Origin: a virus
Virus record (IMG/VR): IMGVR_UViG_3300009431_001072
Direction: 5' to 3' (one strand)
Length of the DNA: 25,210 bases
The notes under the pieces were generated by a model. It ran no database searches, had not been told where the DNA came from, and worked only from the letters and a program-made list of their open reading frames with translations. A program made the position numbers and the translations under genes. Shown piece after piece: positions 6,827-13,186 of this stretch (positions are counted from its first letter, which is position 1; each line of letters opens with the position of its first letter).

Positions 6827-6894
6827 GGCTACATACAGCACCACAAATACTTGATGATGATTAATTCATAATCACGGGGAAGCTTGCCGTAGCC
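6827..6894 (+). ncRNA. Array element U5
   Basis: GGCTAC...GTAGCC closing stem followed by ATACAGCAC; inner TGATTA-ATTCA-TAATCA hairpin. Confidence 0.5.
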
Positions 6895-6931
6895 TGAAAA
6901 TAGTGCGGACTGCCCCAAATTGTAAAAAATT

Positions 6932-6941
6932 GGTATAAGAA
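6932..6941 (+). promoter_or_regulatory. Candidate promoter element GGTATAAGAA (copy 4 of 4), upstream of tmRNA
   Basis: TTGGTATAAGAAATGTAC starting 55 nt before the tmRNA 5' end. Confidence 0.4.
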
Positions 6942-6986
6942 ATGTACGTATGGCTCTATGAAAGAGTCTTTTCAGACTAAAAATAT

Positions 6987-7341
6987 GGGGATGAAATGGT
7001 TTCGATACATATTGAAGTTTACAGATGGCATTCTGAGGTCCTGGTTCCTCACTAATCTTCCGGGAAACAAATTTAAACGCAGATAACTATGCGTATGCAA
7101 TGGCTGCCTAGTTTGGCTGCCCGTGTTGTTTGAGTCTCGCCTATCAGGCTTTAACAATACGACGACTTTGATGGGATAGTTCTTTTATTTGTCTGAGGTA
7201 AAAGAGCGAAACTAAATCAGACTGGCTTTCTTCGAAGTTTTGTTTGTTGTGCTTCAGGGAGTGAAATTGAACAACAAACTAAGTATGTAGAGGTCTGTAA
7301 AAGTTAACATGTAGACTTCGGTTCAAATCCGAACATCTCCA
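6987..7341 (+). ncRNA. ssrA: tmRNA (transfer-messenger RNA)
   Basis: 5' GGGGATGAAATGGTTTCGAT and 3' CTAAGTATGTAGAGGTCTG...GACTTCGGTTCAAATCCGAACATCTCC-A. Acceptor GGGGATG/CATCTCC, T arm CGG-TTCAAAT-CCG. Tag ORF GCA GAT AAC TAT GCG TAT GCA ATG GCT GCC TAG (7079-7111), encoding ADNYAYAMAA. Confidence 0.95.
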
Positions 7342-7406
7342 CAATCTTGTCAGTAACTGTTGGTAAATTTTTTAACTTATTTCTATCAGCAGAGTCTTTG
7401 GCGTAA

Positions 7407-7413
7407 CAGCACA
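7407..7413 (+). other. Isolated ACAGCAC motif, possible degenerate array element
   Basis: GGCGTAACAGCACACCGG; the 5' context resembles the array elements but no complementary 3' arm was found. Confidence 0.2.
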
Positions 7414-7453
7414 CCGGATTTGTAATTTATATTTAACTTCAGGAGGAAAATAA

Positions 7454-7531
7454 GTGATTGAAAAATTAGCGAAAACTTTGTACGAGGTGGGAATGATCAA
7501 GAAATTGGCAAAAATTTTGTACGAAGTGGAA
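7454..7531 (+). repeat. 39-bp imperfect tandem duplication at the 5' end of the gene (2 copies)
   Basis: Encodes (M)IEKLAKTLYEVG / MIKKLAKILYEVE; units 7454-7492 and 7493-7531. Confidence 0.8.
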
Positions 7532-7795
7532 ACATGGTCTAGCAGGTTAGAAACAAGTAAACACCCTTGGGATTGGATTATGCACTTCACCGGTTGTCTT
7601 TTATTAGTAATCACCGGATTAGCATCATGGTTAGGGGCAGCTCTAATAGCTGTTTACATTGAGTATGTCCAGAAGAGTCAGGTATGGTACAATAACCTGA
7701 CTTGGGAAGTTTACTTACGGGAGCATTCAATTGGTGATTTAATTGCTGATGCCTTAGGTATTATAGCAGCTATAGTGCTGTTGTGGATATTTTAG
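7454..7795 (+). CDS. Small multi-TM membrane protein, VanZ-like/phage membrane protein style
   Basis: Strong AGGAGG RBS and GTG start; WDWIMHFTGCLLLVITGLASWLGAALIAVYIEYVQKS...HSIGDLIADALGIIAAIVLLWIF. Confidence 0.6.
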   Translation: MIEKLAKTLYEVGMIKKLAKILYEVETWSSRLETSKHPWDWIMHFTGCLLLVITGLASWLGAALIAVYIEYVQKSQVWYNNLTWEVYLREHSIGDLIADALGIIAAIVLLWIF

Positions 7796-7813
7796 TAACA
7801 AGTTTTTATCCTC

Positions 7814-7900
7814 CTCATCGATAGTATCGATGAGCCCCGAATAGCCCGAGCTATCGGGTCGGCCAGGCGGTATCCGGATACTTCCTGGCTATTTTTTTTT
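7814..7900 (+). terminator. Cluster of three hairpins ending in a T-run
   Basis: CTCATCGAT-AGT-ATCGATGAG (7814-7834), CCCGA...TCGGG (about 7836-7858), GCCAGG-CG-GTATCCGGATAC-TT-CCTGGC (7862-7889) followed by a run of T. Confidence 0.85.
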
Positions 7901-7956
7901 GGAACAATAAACAGATAATAAAGTTTAATAATGGAGTGTTACGGAGAAAAAAGTAC

Positions 7957-8991
7957 ATGACAAAATTTACAAAATTTTCTGCGATTGAAAATACCTATAG
8001 GGAAAAGACTATCAATCTTATAATTGAAGCAGGGCTAGAAAGTAATGAATGGTTTGTCTCTGAGAAAGTCCATGGAGCAAATTTTTCAATCTGGGTTGAT
8101 AGTGAAGGTAACATAAAGTTCGCGAAGAAAAGTGGGTTTATCTCTGGAAATGAAAATTTCTATAATCATACAAATGTAATTTCAGAATTGGACGACATTG
8201 GCAAACAAGTTTTGTCAGAAGCAGTATCGTATATTGGAGAAGATATCCATAGTTTAGCTATATATGGCGAGTATGCTGGAGGTACCTACCCTCACGAAGA
8301 TGTAGATAAAGTTGGTACTGCTAAGAAAGTCCAAAAAGGAGTCTACTACCATCCAGGAAACATTTTTTACGGTTTCGATATCAAAGTTAACGGATTATAC
8401 CTTAATCCGGATGTAACAAATTACATCTTTTCGGAGATTGAGTCTCCAATATTTTGTTATGCTAAGGATTTGTACGCAGGAGATCTTAAAGGTTGTCTAG
8501 AGTATCCTAATGATAAACCTTCACTTATTCACGAAGAGTTTAATTTACCAGCTATAGAAGATAATATCATGGAAGGCGTGGTAATAAAACCAGCCATTAC
8601 CTCATTCCTTGGAAATGGTAACCGTGTTATCCTCAAGAATAAAAACGCAAAGTTTGCAGAGAGGGAGCGAGGTATAAAAACACCGAAAGCACCGATTAGA
8701 TTATCTGAATCAGCGGATACACTATTGCAAGCTATAAGAGTTTATATAACAGAAAATCGTTTAAGAAATATAATTTCCCACGAAGGTACATTTACTCAAA
8801 AGGACTTTGGTAAATTGCAAGGACTATTTATCAAAGATACCCTCAAGGACGCATTAAAGGAAGACACTGTTACCAATATCAGCGAATCCCTGGAGAAAAA
8901 TGAGAGGAGAATAGTTAATAGAATAATAGGCAGAGAAGCTGCGGTACTGATTAGAACAAATTGGCTAAATATCATCGACGGAGGTTTTTGA
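7957..8991 (+). CDS. rnl2: RNA ligase, T4 Rnl2 family
   Basis: EKVHGANFS (nucleotidyltransferase motif I), YGEYAGG, EGVVIKP, NRVILKNKNAKFAERERG. Colinear with T4 Rnl2 as recalled. ATG 7957 with GGAG RBS preferred over GTG 7936. Confidence 0.93.
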   Translation: MTKFTKFSAIENTYREKTINLIIEAGLESNEWFVSEKVHGANFSIWVDSEGNIKFAKKSGFISGNENFYNHTNVISELDDIGKQVLSEAVSYIGEDIHSLAIYGEYAGGTYPHEDVDKVGTAKKVQKGVYYHPGNIFYGFDIKVNGLYLNPDVTNYIFSEIESPIFCYAKDLYAGDLKGCLEYPNDKPSLIHEEFNLPAIEDNIMEGVVIKPAITSFLGNGNRVILKNKNAKFAERERGIKTPKAPIRLSESADTLLQAIRVYITENRLRNIISHEGTFTQKDFGKLQGLFIKDTLKDALKEDTVTNISESLEKNERRIVNRIIGREAAVLIRTNWLNIIDGGF

Positions 8992-9482
8992 TGAATACAT
9001 TTGATAAAGCCCGTAGTATTAAGGACCTAAATACGTTATATGATTTCATTACAGAGCTTTCTTTAAATAAAGACTCTCCGGTTAGAAATGTAGCAGCGGC
9101 AGCCATTGCAACTGTATTCACGCTAAAACAGGAGAACATATTCAATCTAGCAGATTATCAAATCTCTGAAGTGATGTGGTTATTTATCGATAACCTTACA
9201 TCTGAAAAAGACAAAAATATTATAACCACGACTCTTGAAACTAGAAAAACTTTGTTCCCTAAACCAGGACAACCGGGAATAGTCATTTCCCCAGAAATTT
9301 TTAATCTAATCCAAAAAGAAGCAGAAAATCTTTTAAAACTCCATCACGACGCAGTAGACTCTGAAAGAAAATATTGGGAATCGCTTGTGAAGGGCGTTGT
9401 TCCGAAAGGAATAACGGTGAGTGAAGAAATAAATGAAGAAATAAATGAAGAAGTAAGTAAAGAAGTAAATAAAGATAAGTAG
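8991..9482 (+). CDS. Hypothetical protein with C-terminal E/N/K repeat tail
   Basis: ATG 8991 overlaps the rnl2 stop and follows GAGG; tail EEINEEINEEVSKEVNK. Confidence 0.6.
   Translation: MNTFDKARSIKDLNTLYDFITELSLNKDSPVRNVAAAAIATVFTLKQENIFNLADYQISEVMWLFIDNLTSEKDKNIITTTLETRKTLFPKPGQPGIVISPEIFNLIQKEAENLLKLHHDAVDSERKYWESLVKGVVPKGITVSEEINEEINEEVSKEVNKDK
9423..9472 (+). repeat. Imperfect 12-bp tandem repeat (about 4 copies)
   Basis: GAAGAAATAAAT/GAAGAAATAAAT/GAAGAAGTAAGT/AAAGAAGTAAAT within the coding region. Confidence 0.8.
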
Positions 9483-9536
9483 ACATATTTAATAACCCCG
9501 CCAATTAATTGGCATTAATTTATCAAAGAGGTACAT

Positions 9537-9893
9537 ATGTATTTAGAACAAGACGAACGCACTAGAAGACAAGAAGTCCCATATGTTGCGTACAAAGTAG
9601 ATGACGCAGTTGTGGTAGAAATGAACGTTCCCGGCTATACCGCTGATGATATTGAAGTGAAAGCCACAAAAAAGATAGTCCAAGTTTTTGGCACTCCTAA
9701 CAAAAATGTAGCCAAAGGACGCTGGACCAATGGATTCTATGTTTCGCTGCCAATCACAGAGGAAGACAAAATCGAAACTAATGGTGAAAATGTCGGAGTC
9801 AATTTAACTAATGGTATTCTTACCTTAACCTTTCCGGTTGCCGAGGAACACCGTAGTACAACACTTACGATCACAGAAGGTCAGCAGGAATAA
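9537..9893 (+). CDS. Small heat shock protein, Hsp20/alpha-crystallin family
   Basis: YKVDDAVVVEMNVPGYTADDIEVKATKKIVQVFG ... GRWTNGFYVSLP ... NGILTLTFP. Confidence 0.85.
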   Translation: MYLEQDERTRRQEVPYVAYKVDDAVVVEMNVPGYTADDIEVKATKKIVQVFGTPNKNVAKGRWTNGFYVSLPITEEDKIETNGENVGVNLTNGILTLTFPVAEEHRSTTLTITEGQQE

Positions 9894-9986
9894 CTGATAC
9901 AAGTGTAGTTGATTAAGAAAGTATACTTACAAGGAGTGGGTGCAACATACCACTCCTTGAATTTTTTAGAAAGCTAAGGGAAATTT

Positions 9987-10478
9987 ATGAAACATCTTCA
10001 TGTTCATATCGATGGTAGCTGTAAGGGGAACCCCGGTCCGGGTGGTGTAGGGATAGTCTTTGTAGAACCAGATACTAACAAAATATTGGCTGAAAAATGC
10101 TTCGGTTATGAGCTTTCTACAAATAATCGAATGGAGCTTCTTGCTGCTATACACTCTCTAGATCTCTTAGTAAAAAGAGGGAAACCAATAAAAGTAGTCA
10201 AAATTTTCAGCGACTCAACCTATTTAGTTTTTCCTTTAACAAAAGGTTGGCTAACAGAATGGGAAAAAACTAATTTTAGAAAAAAAGCAAATTCGGACCT
10301 TTGGATAGTATTCATACTGTTACTGAAAGAAGTAAAAGAATTAGTAGAAACTATCGAGTTCCATTGGGAGGAAGGGAAAGTATCGGCAGAAAATCTTGCC
10401 GCAGATAATTTGGCAAAAAAAGCAACTGAATTAAAAATCTTAAAAAGAGATACCGGCTATGAAAAAAGAAATGAATGA
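9987..10478 (+). CDS. rnhA: Ribonuclease HI
   Basis: HIDGSCKGNPGPGGVGIVF, NNRMELLAAIHSL, KIFSDSTYLV, NLAADNLAKKA. Confidence 0.93.
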   Translation: MKHLHVHIDGSCKGNPGPGGVGIVFVEPDTNKILAEKCFGYELSTNNRMELLAAIHSLDLLVKRGKPIKVVKIFSDSTYLVFPLTKGWLTEWEKTNFRKKANSDLWIVFILLLKEVKELVETIEFHWEEGKVSAENLAADNLAKKATELKILKRDTGYEKRNE

Positions 10479-10556
10479 AAGATACAGCCATTACAGAGCA
10501 AGCATAGATGAAAAAAGAAATGAATGAAAGATACAGCCATTACAGAGCAAGCATAG
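10459..10556 (+). repeat. Perfect 49-bp tandem duplication across a gene junction (2 copies)
   Basis: ATGAAAAAAGAAATGAATGAAAGATACAGCCATTACAGAGCAAGCATAG at 10459-10507 and 10508-10556. Confidence 0.95.
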
Positions 10557-10783
10557 ATGAGGAACGATTTAATGTGTTTGTGGAAGACTTAAAAGGCAAA
10601 GGCCATACGATACCAAAAAATGTTAATGCAATAACCAGGTGTGGTTTAGAAACTCAACTTGGAGAAGATAAAGGTATCGTGGTCCACGCAGAAGGATTTG
10701 CATTTTGCAATGCTAAAGACCAATTTTGTCGAAAACGGGGAAGACATATAGCCTTAGGCCGAGCACAGAAATTATTGGCTTAA
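10508..10783 (+). CDS. Hypothetical phage-type protein (CNAKDQFCRKRGRHIALGRA motif)
   Basis: 91 aa ORF; the C-terminal KDxFxRKxGRxIALGRA pattern is seen in small phage proteins. Confidence 0.65.
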   Translation: MKKEMNERYSHYRASIDEERFNVFVEDLKGKGHTIPKNVNAITRCGLETQLGEDKGIVVHAEGFAFCNAKDQFCRKRGRHIALGRAQKLLA

Positions 10784-10867
10784 AATAGCAGTAGTCCGGA
10801 TTAACACCCGGACTACAACTATTGAAATTTTTTTTATTTAAAAAATGAAAAACCGAGAAAAATAAAG

Positions 10868-11587
10868 ATGAGAGGAAACTTAGCATTACTTCACCCAAAA
10901 TATTTAGATAATAAAGGGTTAGTGTGGATTTGGCGAGAGGGTATATACTATTATCGTGCTTTTGCTTCGCCATTTAGTAAATATCGTAAATTCAGATATC
11001 GCTATGGCGTCAAATGTATACGTGAGTCTTGTGCTCCGAGAGTTGCCATTGCTAACTACTTATATTATATATGGAAAGAAGCAATAGGCCGAGGTTTGAA
11101 ATTTAATAAACAATTGATGAACCGAAGTAAACCTGATTTAAGTGTTAATCTAAGATTAGAAGTAGATGGGGAAACTGTCGCTGTGTGTGCTTACGAAACA
11201 ACGGTTAACTTAATAGGCAGAGGCAAAGAAGACGCTACGATACGATATAACTATCTAAAAAATGAGCCATTATTGCAAGTACATCCGTTATTTCGCGTAA
11301 TAAAAAATGAAGATTATTTAGAAAATTGGTGGAAAAAATATGAAGAAAGAACTACAAGAAGCGTCACAGTTAGTGGAACTTATTCAATTAATGGAACCTA
11401 CCCAGACGGTGCCGTGTATGCGGTTGATACAGAACCACAAACAAACTCAGCTGTTAGGTACTATACTACATCAGATCCCACAGGATCCCCATATATTAAT
11501 ATTGAAGGGACTGCCGGGATGCGGGAAAACGACGTGGGCCAAAGATTTACAATCTCGTCAAGCACAGCGGGGTCATCGTCTATATAA
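10868..11587 (+). CDS. Hypothetical protein; 3' part overlaps the PNKP ORF
   Basis: 239 aa ORF; unusual T/S/G-rich C-terminus. Confidence 0.55.
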   Translation: MRGNLALLHPKYLDNKGLVWIWREGIYYYRAFASPFSKYRKFRYRYGVKCIRESCAPRVAIANYLYYIWKEAIGRGLKFNKQLMNRSKPDLSVNLRLEVDGETVAVCAYETTVNLIGRGKEDATIRYNYLKNEPLLQVHPLFRVIKNEDYLENWWKKYEERTTRSVTVSGTYSINGTYPDGAVYAVDTEPQTNSAVRYYTTSDPTGSPYINIEGTAGMRENDVGQRFTISSSTAGSSSI

Positions 11588-12380
11588 AAGAATCAACAAA
11601 GACGAAATCAGGGCAATGCTTGATGATTCACGTTTTTCAGGTGGAAATGAAAGGCTTGTTTTAAAAACAAGGAATAAACTCCTGACAGACTTTTTAAAAA
11701 GAGGGTACAATGTAATCATCGATGACACAAACTTGCATCCTAAACATGAAAAGACAGTGGTTACAATCGTTAGGAAATTATTTCCAAAAGTATCTGTTAT
11801 CACAGTCGATTTCACTGAAATGTCACTAGATGTCTGTATCGAAAGAGACTTAGCACGTAAAAGTTTACCTTCCGGTTATGTAGGCAAGAAAATAATATTG
11901 GATATGTATCGTAGATATGTAAGGAAACCATTTAATACAGTGATCCAAGACGAGAATCTACCGAAGGCTATCATTGTTGATATTGACGGAACTCTTGCAA
12001 ATTGTAGTCATCGTAGCCCATATGATACTGAGAAATGCTTAGATGATAAGTTAATACTGCCCGTGTACCAAGCAGTTCTCGCTATGAGTTCATGTGTAAA
12101 TAATATTATTTATTTATCTGGGAGAGAAGACAAGTATGAAGATCTCACTAGAAAATGGCTAGAGAAACATAAAATAGATTTTGAACTCTTATATATGCGA
12201 GCCGAAGGCGACACTCGCCCGGATTGGATAATAAAGAAAGAATTGTTTTACAAACATATTAAAGATAAACATAACATCTTATTTGTAATAGACGACCGAC
12301 CACAAGTTAGAAAGATGTGGGTAAAAGAAGGAATATTTGTCTTTAATGTCTATCAAGATTTATATCAAGCTGAATTTTAA
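11340..12380 (+). CDS. pseT: Polynucleotide 5'-kinase/3'-phosphatase (T4 Pnkp-like)
   Basis: P-loop GLPGCGKTTW, IIDDTNLHP, HAD phosphatase IIVDIDGTLA, YLSGREDKYEDLTRKWL, GDTRPDWIIKKELFYKHI, FVIDDRPQVRKMW. The true start is uncertain. Confidence 0.92.
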   Translation: MKKELQEASQLVELIQLMEPTQTVPCMRLIQNHKQTQLLGTILHQIPQDPHILILKGLPGCGKTTWAKDLQSRQAQRGHRLYKRINKDEIRAMLDDSRFSGGNERLVLKTRNKLLTDFLKRGYNVIIDDTNLHPKHEKTVVTIVRKLFPKVSVITVDFTEMSLDVCIERDLARKSLPSGYVGKKIILDMYRRYVRKPFNTVIQDENLPKAIIVDIDGTLANCSHRSPYDTEKCLDDKLILPVYQAVLAMSSCVNNIIYLSGREDKYEDLTRKWLEKHKIDFELLYMRAEGDTRPDWIIKKELFYKHIKDKHNILFVIDDRPQVRKMWVKEGIFVFNVYQDLYQAEF

Positions 12381-12397
12381 TTGTAAGGATTTAACCT

Positions 12398-13186
12398 ATG
12401 AAAATCATAAACATAATCATTTTAATAACTTTAGTTATAACATCGATTACCTTTTCTCAATCTTCGAGGTGGGAAGCTGAGGATATGGCAATAATAGACA
12501 GTAGCAATGTGTATGTATTTGGTACATATGTCGGGATCTACAATAATGGCGGAGTACAATTTTGGAAGCGCTTCGATGACGGAATCTATGAAATATCTGT
12601 GAGGGCGCTAGAAATGGCTGCAGGAGATGAGCATGCACGATTGTTGGTAGAAAATGGTAAAAGTGTAAGCTTCGAATTCGAGGTCAAGTCATTAATAGAT
12701 TCTATTTACGTTGATACTCTTGTAGTGGATGATGGCAATAACTGGAAACTAGTGTTTACAAACGATCATTGGATACCCGATGTAATGGACAGGAATCTAT
12801 ATATAGATTATATAGAGTTCACATATATCGAACCTTATGTACCAATTGACACAACAGTAGTCGATACAACAGTAACTAGACATGACTCTGTAAAGGTTGC
12901 ATGGAACGCGAATTCTGAAGATGACCTTAGGAATTATTCTGTTTATTATGGTATAAACAGCAGACTGTATTCGCAGAAAGTAGGTGGTGTAATAGACACA
13001 TTTAAAACAATCGTTGATAACTTCACAGTTAACATTCCATACTACTTCGCTGTCACAGCAACAGATACAGCAAGTAATGAAAGTGCATATTCCGCTGAAG
13101 TTGAATACATATTTACATCTGTGTCTGGTGATTCCACTGCTCCTGATGTTCTATTCATAGAAGTTACACCTATATTTGAGGATTGA
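12398..13186 (+). CDS. Secreted protein: signal peptide, xylan-binding-CBM-like domain, Fn3-like domain
   Basis: N-terminal MKIINIIILITLVITSITFSQS; WEAEDM...YEISVRA...NDHWIPDVMDRNLYIDYIEF resembles CBM36/60-type modules; VKVAWNANSEDDLRNYSVYYG...YFAVTATDTASNESAYS is Fn3-like. Confidence 0.6.
   Translation: MKIINIIILITLVITSITFSQSSRWEAEDMAIIDSSNVYVFGTYVGIYNNGGVQFWKRFDDGIYEISVRALEMAAGDEHARLLVENGKSVSFEFEVKSLIDSIYVDTLVVDDGNNWKLVFTNDHWIPDVMDRNLYIDYIEFTYIEPYVPIDTTVVDTTVTRHDSVKVAWNANSEDDLRNYSVYYGINSRLYSQKVGGVIDTFKTIVDNFTVNIPYYFAVTATDTASNESAYSAEVEYIFTSVSGDSTAPDVLFIEVTPIFED

Noticed and set aside
6395-6894. CRISPR array
   Set aside because: Only a ~9-nt motif is shared, repeat arms differ between units, unit lengths vary (57-132 nt), and no cas genes are present.
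6395-6894. Integron attC sites or a set of terminators
   Set aside because: Arms do not fit RYYYAAC/GTTRRRY cores, there are no cassette ORFs, and the stems lack following T-runs.
7073-7078. Extending the tmRNA tag upstream (LN-ADNYAYAMAA)
   Set aside because: In known tmRNAs the resume codon is usually GCA/GCU/GGC-like after a conserved A-rich stretch; GCA at 7079 fits, TTA/AAC do not.
7936-7956. GTG start of the rnl2 ORF at 7936 as listed in the ORF track
   Set aside because: ATG 7957 is preceded by GGAG and gives an N-terminus matching T4 Rnl2.
8961-8990. Upstream ATG at 8961 for the 8991-9482 gene
   Set aside because: Would overlap rnl2 by 31 nt; ATG 8991 follows a GAGG RBS and overlaps the stop codon in the style of neighbouring genes.
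10713-10973. Minus-strand ORF spanning the intergenic gap
   Set aside because: Overlaps the ends of two + genes and has no supporting features.
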